Shown: piece after piece, positions 1 through 10,869 of the stretch
How the letters are laid out: every line of letters starts with the position of its first letter
Numbering within the stretch: the first letter of the stretch is position 1
Assembly: GCF_036321535.1 (NCBI RefSeq)
Contig: NC_087436.1
Coordinates: forward strand, 112,346,001 to 112,410,000
Direction: 5' to 3'
Source of the DNA: Camelus dromedarius
Taxonomy: Eukaryota
DNA length: 64,000 nucleotides
The notes under the pieces: model-generated
Told to the model about the DNA's origin: nothing
The model's input: only the letters and a program-made list of their open reading frames with translations
The model's database searches: none
Made by a program: the position numbers and the translations under genes

Positions 1-84
1 GGGCTTTGAAGATGGAGGAAAGAAGCCAAGAAACAAACAATGTGAGAACCACTAGAAAATGGAAAAGGCAAGAAAATGGATTCT

Positions 85-1134
85 TACGGAATGGGAAAAA
101 ATTTTTGCAAACGAAACCGACAAAGCCTTGATCTCCAGAATATGTAAGCAGCACATATGACTCAATAAGAAAAAAATAAACAACCCAATCCAAAAATGGG
201 CAGAAGACCTAAACAAGCAATTCTCCAAGGAAGATATACAAATGATGAATAGGCACATGAAAAAATGTTCAATATCACTAATTATCAGAGAAATGCAAAT
301 CAGAACCACAATGAGGTATCACCTCACACCAGTCAGAATGGCCATCATTCAAAAGTCCACAAATGACAAACGCTGGAGAGGCTGTGGAGAAAAGGGAACC
401 CTCCTACACTGCTGGTGGGAATGCAGTTTGGTATGGTGCAGCCACTGTGGAGAACAATATGGAGATTCCTCAAAAGACTAGGAATAGACTTACTTTATGA
501 CCCAGGAATCCCGCCCCTGGGCATATATCCAGAAGGAATCCTACTTCAGGATGACACCTGCACCCCCATGTTCATAGCAGCATTATTTACAATAGCCAAG
601 GCATGGAAATAGCCTAAATGTCCATCAACAGATGACTGGATAAAAAAGAAGTGGTATATTTATACAATGGAATATTACTCAGCCATAAAAACTGACAACA
701 TAATGCCATTTGCAGCAACATGGATGCTCCTGGAGAATGTCATTCTAAGCGAAGTAAGCCAGAAAGAGAAAGAAAAATACCATATGAGATCGCTCATATG
801 TGGAATCTAAAAAATAAAAACAAAAACAAAAACAAAGCATAAATACAAAACAGAAATAGACTCACAGACATAGAATATAAATTTGTGGTTGCCAAGGGGG
901 TGGCGGGTGGGAAGAGATAGACTGGGATTTAAAAATTGTAGAATAGATAAACAAGATTATACTGTATAGCACAGGGAAATATATACAAGATCTTATGGTA
1001 GCTCACAGAGAAAAAAATGTGACGATGAATATATATATGTTCATGTATAACTGAAAAATTGTGCTCTACACTGGAATTTGACACAACATTGTAAAATGAT
1101 TACAAATCAATAAAAAATGTTAAAAAAGAAAGAA

Positions 1135-1165
<31 letters not shown>

Positions 1166-1210
1166 AAGAGAGAAAGAGAGAAAGAGAGAAAGAGAGAAAG
1201 AGAGAAAGAG

Positions 1211-1288
<78 letters not shown>

Positions 1289-1345
1289 GAAAGAAAGAAA
1301 GGAAGGAAGGAAGGAAGGAAGGAAGGAAGGAGAAAGGAAGAAAGG
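85..1345 (+). mobile_element. Young 5'-truncated L1 (ORF2 C-terminus, 3'UTR and purine tail) with 15-bp TSD
   Basis: ORF2 peptides [13 protein letters not shown] and CTPMFIAALFTIAK, ORF2 stop at 808-810, AATAAA near 1109. TSD AAGAAAATGGATTCT at 70-84 and 1346-1360. ORF2 is broken by a frameshift near 430 and a stop at 610. Confidence 0.95.
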
Positions 1346-1350
1346 AAGAA
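1122..1350 (+). repeat. Compound polypurine microsatellite (GA)n/(GAAA)n/(GGAA)n derived from the L1 poly-A tail
   Basis: About 230 bp of purines directly after the L1 polyA signal. Confidence 0.97.
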
Positions 1351-1534
1351 AATGGATTCTCCCTCCAAGTACTCAGAAGGAACAGAGCCCTGCCAATGCT
1401 GTGATGGTAGCTCAAGGAGATCCATTTCAAACTTGGAATCTCCGTAACTATAAAATAATAGATCTATGTTGTGTTAAGCCACTGAATTTGTTGCAGATTG
1501 TTGCTGTTACAGCAGCAATAGGAAACTAACTTAC

Positions 1535-2640
1535 ATTTTGGTATCTGGAAGTATGGTGCTATTGAAACAAAATTTGAAAGTGTGAGAGTGGCTTTAGAAT
1601 TGGGTGAGAAAAGGCTGGAAACTTTTTGATGAGCATGATAGGAAAAGCCTGGGTTGCCTTGAAAATAGAAATATTGATGTTAATGACTCTGCTAGTGAGG
1701 ACTCAGGAGGCAGTAAGGATCATGGTAAAGAAAATGTACAAAATCATGTAATAGAAAAGAACAAATCTGTTCTTTTAGATCTGTTAGATCTGTTCTTTTG
1801 GATTTTACCCTGTGCTCTATTTCCTGGGCTTATTCATGCTGGTTCTGCACCTTTTGTAAAAGAATGTTGCCTAGAACCTGAAATATACAGGATAGCGCAT
1901 TCTCCAGGCTCTGACCTTTAGGGGTGTAACACTTCCCATTCGTATAGACATAAAAAGTTGCAGAACAGAGAATATTTGTTGGAGGTCTACAGGGACGTCA
2001 TGACCTGACTTATGTGGACAGTGTCAAGAACCAAGGATTCCCACACTAAGAAGTTTGCAACAACTAACTACACTCCCTCCCTTTTTTAGTACAAAAGGAG
2101 CCTGAATTCTGATTTGGGGAAGATAGTTCTCCAGGACATCAGTTTGCCATCTTCTCAGTCTGCCGGCTTTCTGAGTAAAGTCATTATTCCTTGCCCCAGC
2201 ACCTCTTCTCCCAATTTATTGCCCTACCATGCAGCGAGCAGAACGAATTTGGACTCAGTTACAATAATAGAGAATACCTAAATCATTATGAACAGACTAT
2301 TGGTAGAAATATGATGTTAAAGGTACTGCCATTGAGGGACAGGCAGAAATGAGGAATCAATTACTGGAAACCAGAAAAAAGGGGGTCCTTTTTATATAGT
2401 CGTTGAAAGGGTGGCTAAATTGTATGCTGCAGTTATATATAAAGAAAAACTCATAAACAAAGGACTTGGATATTTAGCTGAGGAGATTTGAACCAAAATG
2501 TTGAAGTAAGGTCTAGTTTCTTCTTGCTTCTCTAGTACAAGGAATAATAGAGGAAAGAGATAGTTTGGAGAACTTTTAAGTAAAAAGGAACCAGAACTTG
2601 ATAATTTGGGAAATATTCAGCTAATCCAGATTGCAAAATA
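1535..2640 (+). mobile_element. MLT1 internal region (MaLR-int) fragment, interrupted by a solo LTR
   Basis: Follows the LTR end directly and starts 'ttttggtatctggaagt'. Contains recalled MLT-int motifs 'gtggctttagaattgggt' and 'gacttggatatttagctgaggagattt'. Confidence 0.8.
1747..2263 (+). mobile_element. ERV1-class solo LTR
   Basis: TGTAA...TTACA termini, 4-bp TSD atca/ataa (1 mismatch), and a U5-like end 'gcgagcagaacgaatttggactcagttaca'. Confidence 0.8.
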
Positions 2641-2644
2641 TCTA

Positions 2645-4672
2645 CTGGGTAAAGTATTTTAAAGACCTAAAAAATGGAGGAATATAATATGTTCACAGAT
2701 CAGAAAATGTAACGATTAATTCTCCAAAGGTTAATCATTGTCATTTTAATCAATATCCAAGGGGGATTGCTATAAAAATTGACAAGCTGGTTTAAAAATT
2801 TTTAATGGAAAAATAAGGTCAAGAAAAGTCAAAGTGATCTTGAAGAAGAACAAAGCTGGAGGATTTATGATGTCAGATATGAAGATATATTAAGAAGCTA
2901 TAGTAATTAAGAGAGCAGAGAATTGACATTATGTAGACAAATAGGCCGATGGAATGGAATAGAATCCAGCAATGCACAGTGCATAATGGGTACTTAATAA
3001 GAGACTGGCAAGGCAGAGGGAAAAGACAGTCTTTCAATAAATAGTATGGGTCAATTAGATATCCAAATGAATCTGAACCGTTACATCACAAAATACATAA
3101 AAATCAATTTCAGATAGATTGTAGTTCTAAATATGAAAAGGAGAACAATAAAGCTTTTAATAGAAAACACAGGAGAATGTATTCATGAACTCAGGGTAGG
3201 CAAAGGTTTCTTAAGTGGGACATACAAGGCATTAACTATAAAGAGAAAGATTGATAAATTGGACTGTATTCAAATTAAAAGTATTTGTTCATACAAAGAC
3301 CCAATTAAGAGAATGAAAAGATAAAATACAGACTAGAAAAAGATAACCAACAAAAGACTCATTTCAAAGTATATCTTAAGAATCAATAAGAAAAAGGCTG
3401 GCCATCTAAACATTTTAATGGGTAAACGACTTGAGCAAGCACTTTAGAAAAAGCCAATAAACACATGAAAAGGTACTCAACCTCATTAACCATTAGGGAG
3501 ATATAAATTGAAACCATGACATTGAATGACTACTATTAAAAAGACTGAAAATATGTCAAATGTTGAGGATGTGGAGTAATGGGAACTTTCAAAAATCATT
3601 GCTTGCAGTGTACGTTGGATTGGTACCCTATGGAAGATTATACAGTCCATTGAATTATGGGTTCAAATTCTTCATTTCTATATCATAAAATTATATAGCC
3701 ACATGCAAACAAAGACCTCATGATGGGTGGAGTGAATTTCCCCCATCCCTTGGGTTTGGCCATGTGACTTGCATTATCCAATGGGATGCTAGCGGACATT
3801 ATGTAAGAAGAGACTTGAAATGTACTTTTGCAGTTAGGCATACCATCTTGGTTCCAACCTTGAGAAGAAGGTTGGTTGAGCCTTAAGAAGAATGTGCCTC
3901 AAGGAGCCATCTGGTCCAAGAAGGATGGGAGACACATGGAGCAGATTTGAACCCAGTGTCCAGCTTGAAGTCAAGTCCAACTGAGTCCAGCTTAGATCAG
4001 CAGCATCCCAGCCAATGCACAGATGCATGAGTGATAAATGCTTATTGATGTATGTTGTTCATTTTGATGAGGCTAATTACATAGCATTATTGAAATAATA
4101 GTGTGTGTATATATATACTCTAGCTACTAAGGGTCAGCATATGTCTACGCTGTGACTCAGCAATCCCACTGCTTCATGCATCTTCTAAATGTGTAACTAA
4201 TAGAAATGCAGGCATATGCACACCAAATGTACAAGAGTGCTCATTGGAGCATCATCCAAGCATACACTGGAAACAACTCAAATATCCATCAACTTCAGAA
4301 TGATAAGTAAATGATAATATATACAGTGAAGACTGCATAGCAAAGAAGGTGGACAAACTACTGTTACACCAACCAACACAGATAAATCTCACAAAGATGA
4401 TGTCAAACAGAAGACATTCAGTCTTAAAATAATTAATATTGTATAATTCTCCATAGCTAAAATTTAAAACAAAATTAATTCACGGAGTTAGAACGCACAA
4501 TAAGAGTTACTTGGGAGCAGGAGGAAGCCCTAGGGCACCCTGGGGTGCTGGGAAGGTCTTGTTCTTGATCTTCACGTTGGTCATGTGGATTCCCTGTGGG
4601 AAAATTCAGCAAAGTGCACACTTGCGGCACGTACGCTTTGATGAACATATGTTACACTATAATAAAATAAAA
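2645..4672 (+). mobile_element. Old L1M(E-like) ORF2 remnant and 3' end, interrupted by an LTR at about 3690-4100
   Basis: Degenerate ORF2 (ORF 3133-3324, IKLLIENTGECIHELRVGKGFL...KIDKLDCIQIK) and an L1ME-type 3' end finishing 'acactataataaaataaaa'. Confidence 0.85.
3690..4100 (+). mobile_element. Old MaLR LTR (MLT1I/J/K-like)
   Basis: 'ttggccatgtgacttgc...ccaatgggatg', 'gagacacatggagcaga', 'ccagcttagatcagc', 'ttacatagcattatt'. Confidence 0.7.
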
Positions 4673-5719
4673 ATTTTATTTGCTCCTTTGCATTTTGTAA
4701 AAGAAAATCATTAGGAAATCAGTAGACTCAGAATCTAATCCTTCCTCTTCCATGAATTTAATGACTTCCAAAGTGAAATGAGCAAGTTTACCACTGGGGG
4801 ACAGGAAGAAGGTATTAGGGCAATTATTTCATTGTTCATTTACTGGTGTTTGATACACAGATTGAAACACTCATCCTTCTTTGGTTCTTAGGTCAGAGGG
4901 CCACACGCCACATAATGTCCAGAGAAGACCCTCAAGGACAAGTTTCGTGATGGACGGGAGACAACAGCAGCTTCCTGGCACACCCATTCCCTGTCAGCAT
5001 ATTAACATGTACCTGAGGAAGTGGATTTGGGCATTTTATTGTTGAGTTTTAACCAAACTAATCATAATAAAATGGAGAAATGGCTAAAAATATTCCTGCA
5101 AAGACATTGCAGATTGAGCATAGTATGAGTAGAAGAGAAAAACTAGAAAATCACAGAGTTGATTCTTCCCCCATCACAAGATAGAAACAATGAAGTTAGT
5201 CAAAAACCCTCAAAATTTTTTTTAAAGTGTTAAACTGGGGAATTAAAAATTCATAGTAATAATGAACTTCACCTAAGTAGATAATGTGCCCTGAGAGACT
5301 AGTATTCACGCCTTAGGTGTAGTGTAAAGCTGTCACAACTAGTGAACCGATAAATATTATTTACCTCATCATTACTTCATTCTTTATTTCTATTATATAT
5401 ATTTTCTCATAATGTGTATAATATGTCAATATCATAGTCCATGTATATGAATTCAAATATACTCATACTGGGAGTGTGTGCTCAATTTTTTATCAATAGA
5501 TGCACAATGGAATGTTCTAAGACCACTGCAAACTGCGCGTCTATGAGCTAGTTACTGGTTCTCTCCAGGGCTGAGTTAAGTTGCCTATAAAATAAGGAAC
5601 ATTGAATGCAAAGCAGAATACTTCTTATACCCTTTCCTATTCTAGTGTTCCATGAGTCTCTCATTTTATGTCTAAAAAGTGATTTTTCAAAATCTAGAAA
5701 AAACACAGGGTGGAAATTA

Positions 5720-5990
5720 GAAGGAGAATTAACATAGAGCACCCACTATGAGCCACTCCTTGGAAGACCAGTTTTGCATACGTAACTCATTCTGTCACAG
5801 CAGACTCACGAGGAAGACATTGTTCCCATTTTCCAGATGAGGAAACAGAGTCAGATAGGAAATAAATGTCAAATAAGGACATAGACTGTGAGAGGTCACA
5901 TTGTGGAGGAGTTGGGAATTTAAAACCAAGATCTGGCTAACTTCAAACTCCTTCCTCCTTCATCACATTACTATTCTGAAGCAGAACACA
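5720..5990 (-). mobile_element. MIR SINE
   Basis: MIR core 'cccattttccagatgaggaaacagagtcaga'. Confidence 0.8.
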
Positions 5991-6084
5991 AAATTTATGT
6001 TTGAGTTTTTACATTACTTTTATGTTTATTTATATAGAAAGCTCTGTTTTATTTTCCTTTGGAGGTGCCAGGGGTCTTGCAATT

Positions 6085-6200
6085 GTCACTGTTAACCTCT
6101 GTATCCCCAGCATCTAACACACTGCCATGCGCATGGTGGCATCCCTTTAGTACTCGTGGGAAAAAAAGACCGAATGAATGAATGAATGAATGAATGAATA
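6085..6200 (+). mobile_element. L2 3' end with (GAAT)n tail
   Basis: 'ctgtatccccagcatctaacacactgcc' followed by (gaat)n. Confidence 0.8.
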
Positions 6201-7064
6201 ACATGGTGGAATATTTTCCATGCCAACTAAAAAGCCACCTTTTTTGTGAACAAAAAAACTCTCCTACTCTGAATTTTGATTTTGCCATAAAAAAATAAAT
6301 CCAGTATGAGCCTTCCTTCAGATCTGTATTGCACTGAACACAGAACTAAAGCATGCATTTAAATCACTTATATCTAACTTTTTATGACGCCACTGGGAAT
6401 GGTGCTCTTTTTGCATTTGCAGTTAAAGGGTAGAACAGATGGTGGAAGTTTAGTTTCAAGTGATAGGCCCATCAAAATAACTTGTGCTGTTGAGTGATTG
6501 TTCACTCTAATGGTGCCATTCATTATATCTGAGTTTGCAAGCTCCAAAATACTTGGGAAGGAAATACGTCTTCAGGAAATGTTTGCTTTATCAAGAGATT
6601 TGCTGGATAAGGACTGCAGGCCCAAACTCTATCCTTGAACGTGAGAGCTTGCTGCAGGCTTCACTAAATAGGGAGATTGTTTCATGGAGAACAACCCTGG
6701 GAAGAACCCTCACAAGAGACCTGGAATTAGGTTAAAAGGTTCAGGGAACAAATCAAGCTCCCTTGAACCACATTTCTTTCCTCCCTTTCTGTCCTTTGTG
6801 AGATGAGTTTGACTGAAGAGTTTCACAGTTACAAAGACAAATGTAAAGACAAGATGAAAGAGGAAAACCCACAGATGTCAAATCAGAGTCTAGAAAAGAA
6901 CAAGACTCAGAACCAACAGCACGAGCTCCTTGACCTCCAGGCACAGTCCAACAGCAAGGAGGTCCGCATCAGAAGCTGGGCCACATCAAGGCCTTTCTAG
7001 CTCCTGTTCTCCTCGGTTTGGCTGGCCAAATGGTGGAGTACAACACACACCCTGGACCAGGTTC

Positions 7065-7290
7065 GTAATAATGACTGTCCACCAGTGCCAAGTGCCACAT
7101 TCAATCCCAGGGAATTCAGATGCATCAACTCATCTAATCTTCTCAACAACTCAGTGGCATAGTTAATATTGTCTTCATTTTGCAGTTGACAAAACTGAGT
7201 GCGCCCAAGACACCAAGCCACTAAAAGGTGGCTCCAGGATCCAAACCCAAGCCTGTGTGACCCCAAAGTCTTTCATCAACCCACTGTTTC
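7065..7290 (-). mobile_element. MIR SINE
   Basis: 'aactcatctaatcttctcaacaac...cattttgcagttgacaaaactgag'. Confidence 0.75.
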
Positions 7291-8004
7291 ACACTCAGCA
7301 TTGACACAACCCACACTAAAATTCCTCTTAGATAAAATGATGGGTCGTGGCTTGAAAACATCTAAAATCGGGTCCAGTTATAACATTCCATGAATTACAA
7401 AAGTGAACAGCTTTTGTAATATTTTATCACAGAACACAGAATATTTAATACTCATCCTATAAATGTGAACTGAGAGCTGGGGTGCAGGCATGATTCTAAA
7501 TACTGAGGACCTGGTTACAGGTCAGATGTGACCACTGTCCATATTGGCAGGAAACAGAGAACATATTCAAGTTGGGTAAGTTAAGGGGAGGGTAATACAG
7601 AGAATATTTGCAAAGAGATAGGCAGGGACAGACACACCAATGAGGAATAGTATGAGCCCTGAGCTCCTGCCAGATGTCTTTCTCGCAGCTACGCTCGCTA
7701 AGGTCCTGGCACCCTCCCCTCCTCCTTTCCCTTGCAGGATGAGAGACGAGCTGCTCCTCGCTATCTCTAGGCACAGGTCCTGCAAGTCCCTGTATTTTCC
7801 TCTCCCTAACTTACTTCAGAAAGAGAGGGTTGCAAAATCAAGCCTGCATCCCAGAGAGCTGGCATGAAGTCAAACTTGCAATACCCTCTTCCCAAAACAT
7901 ACCAGTGGCGAAATGTTAGACATTCTTGTGTTAGAAACATACAGGCAACTGCATCTTTGAGGGCAGATTCAAAAGTAGATGCTGGCTATTTTTGCTGACC
8001 TTAG

Positions 8005-8460
8005 ATATTTATTCTACAAACATTTGACTGTCTACTGTATACCAGCCTCAGTCCAAGCACTGGGGTTACAATAAGTAATTAAGCCCAGAAAGTTGACACA
8101 TACACCCAGGCATTTACAATACAGAATGGATATTGCAAGAGGTGTAGCTCTAGAATATATGAACACTAATATGTAAAAAGCTTCCTGGAGAAGGGTACAT
8201 GCACTTTGAGTCTTGAAGGACAAAGAAGATAGTGTTACTTGAGGACAGGAGACAAGGGTGTTAAAGCCAAGAGGAAAAACTCATGCAAAGACCTAAAGGT
8301 GAGAAACAACTTGGTTTCCAGAGCGTGTGGGACATCAAAGAGATGTCCAATTATCTGATAGCTGCAGCTGGAATTGGAGGTGGAAATGTGCTGTCACCAT
8401 AAGAGTGAAGAAGGTCACCCGGGAGAGCGCACAAAGACGGAAGAAGGAAGGGGCCCCAGA
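8005..8460 (-). mobile_element. L2 fragment
   Basis: Antisense L2 motifs 'aaacatttgactgtctact', 'gcttcctggagaagg', 'catgcaaagacctaaaggtgagaaa'. Confidence 0.7.
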
Positions 8461-8472
8461 CTACAAGGGAAC

Positions 8473-8950
8473 TCTGGTAGGCAGTAGAATGACACCCGCA
8501 CCCCTCCTTAACCCCAAGGGATGTCGGTATCCTTGTCCCTGCAACCGGGGAACATACTACCTGCCATGGAAAAGGATTCTGTAGGTGATGCAACTGAGGA
8601 TCTCAAAATGGGAGATTATCCTGGATTGTATAGGTGGCCCCAATGTAAACACAAGGGTCCTTATATGTGAAAGGGCAAAGCAGACAGGTTAGAGGCAGTG
8701 AGAGGTTTGAAGATACTACACTGATGGCTTTGCAGGTGGAGGAAGAGGCCACAGTCCAAGGAGTTCAGCAGGTAGAAGGTGGAAAAGAGAAGGAGACGGA
8801 TTCTCACCTGTAATCTCCAGACGGAACGCAGCCCTGCCGGTTACCTTGATGTTAGCCCGTTGAAACCCATTCTGGAGTCTGACGTCTAGAACTGTAAGAT
8901 AACACATGTGTGTTGTGTTAAACCACTGTGTTTGTGGTAATTCGTATGTT
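8473..8950 (+). mobile_element. MLT1D/C-like MaLR solo LTR
   Basis: 'gggagattatcctggattgtataggtggcccaatgtaa...caagggtcctt', 'ctagaactgtaagataac...ttaaaccact'. Confidence 0.88.
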
Positions 8951-10099
8951 AAGAGAGTGTGGCTGACCCATCGGTACCAACAAGGAAAGAGTTTCAAGAC
9001 ACATTGTTTATTTATAAAAACAAGTCGCAAAAATATGTTTACTTAAGTTTTTTTACTCCATAAAACAAGACTATAAACTGTGGATTTATAAGTAAAGGTC
9101 CAAAACCATTTCTTCTAGGACAAAACAGTGGTGACCTCCGGAGTGAGGGAAGGGCCTCAGGCTGGCAGGCGGGTATCGAAGAAGAGTCTGGTTTAATCTG
9201 CAGTCTTAAAAAGCATAAATAATAAAATAAATCCATATTTACTAGCATGACCTAAACATATCAAAATAGAAATTTTCGTTGGGTACATAGGGGTATGTAT
9301 AAAGGCTGAGAAAAGATAATTAGCAATGAATCTCATCAGGGAATAACCCCAGTCACCTGTGCAGGATAGAGAAGCACCAAGGGTAGTATTTAAGTGGCAC
9401 TTTGGCTCTATTTGTAAATTATGGATGGTTTTAAAGAGATAGACTTATGCATTCACTGTGTAAATAATAGAAAGTCAAATATTTTTTTAAATCCTCTAAA
9501 TAGTGAAGAAAATGGCTTGAACACAAACTCCTGAGTAATATTTTTTTTTTTATGTTTTAGCAAAGGAAGAGGAGTGGGCAAAAGGAAATAGAAGGAACAG
9601 CAAAGGGACGAAAGAATTTCAAGAATATGCCAAGAAGTTTCAACCATGTTAAGTGCTGCTGTAGTATGGAAAGTAATATAAAGGCTTGGAAAAAAAAATC
9701 CATTGGATTTAGCCCATGAAAGACACTGGTGGCCTCAGAAGGCTGAAGAGTCCCTGGGGAAGTCAGAAGTGGTGTGGGAGAAGGTGGCCAGGTCTTCAGG
9801 CAAATTGCAGTGGAAAGGGAGTGATGGCTGCCAGAAAGATGGCGGAGGCTGGGGAATATTTAGGTGCTGATGAGAGGGAGACAGAGAAGGGAGGCTGATG
9901 ATGGAGGAGATAACGTAAGGAGACAAAGAACAAGATGCCTGAGGAGATGAGAAGGGAGGTGATCTACACACAGGCAGCAGCCTCCTCCTTGCCCTGTCTT
10001 CCAAGTCTGACGCTTAAACCTGAGTCAGCATTTTACAAAGTAAATGTGATTATATTCTCAATTCCTTTTTTGTTCCCCAGGAAAGTAAACTGAACCTCC

Positions 10100-10520
10100 C
10101 CAGGCTTATCTCTCACCAAGTCCAGTCCTCAAACTTTCTAACCACACTGAATTTCTTGTAGTTTCCCAAAGATGCCTATCTTTTCTTGACTGTGAGCCTA
10201 TTCTTGGCCCCTCTCCCAGGAATCATCTTCCTCTACGTCTTCACTGGATCAACCCCTGTTCATTGTTCGGATCCCAGAGGAGACTCTGGCTTCCTAACCT
10301 GAACAGATGCCTTCCTGGGTGCTCCCAGCAGCACCTCTACTGTCCCATCAAATCCTTATCACACTGTGTCAGAACAGCAAGTTTTCCAGTCTGTCTCCTG
10401 CCGTTAGATTTTGACCTTCATGAGATGGGTGCCATGTCTTGTTCACCAGTGGGTCCCCAGAACCTCAGACCATGCCAGGAACACAGAACGCACTCAACAA
10501 GTATTTGGTGAACGTTATTG
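10100..10520 (+). mobile_element. L2 3' portion
   Basis: Ends 'catgccaggaacacagaacgcactcaacaagtatttggtgaa'. Confidence 0.75.
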
Positions 10521-10869
10521 AAAATCAGGCCTCCAAATCCTGAGTCCTTCCCACTAGGACTCTCTTGTCTGTAGCACAAAAGGTTAAAAACACGGTGTGC
10601 CTGTGTTTGGAAAGGGGGATTTATTCATGACAATTTAATGAGCCAACCACTTAGTATCATTAAACAGGAAGCATTTATCCCTATGGCCTGAAAAGAGTCT
10701 ATTTTAATGAAGAACGTGCCAGGTTTCTTAACATCGATGCCAAGTTATTTTTTAATTAACTTACAGGCACTGTCAATAGGAGAGTCCAGTGTTGATTATA
10801 AATGAGAATGAAGATAGGAGAACTGCTTCCTCCAGGATTTTAAAATTATCTTGTTGCTATTACATAATC

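Larger units (their letters stand above)
1..1534 (+). mobile_element. MaLR MLT1(C/D-like) LTR, 5' part outside the window, split by an L1 insertion (85-1345)
   Basis: 'ggctttgaagatggagga...ggcaagaaaatggattct' resumes at 1346 and runs to the typical MLT1 end 'ttaagccact...gttacagcagcaataggaaactaacttaca'. Confidence 0.85.

Noticed and set aside
52..612. ORFs 242-481, 415-612 and antisense 52-309
   Set aside because: Frameshifted fragments of L1 ORF2 and their antisense, not a host gene.
1107..1430. KERE-rich and SFFL-rich ORFs of 95-107 aa
   Set aside because: Translations of the purine microsatellite.
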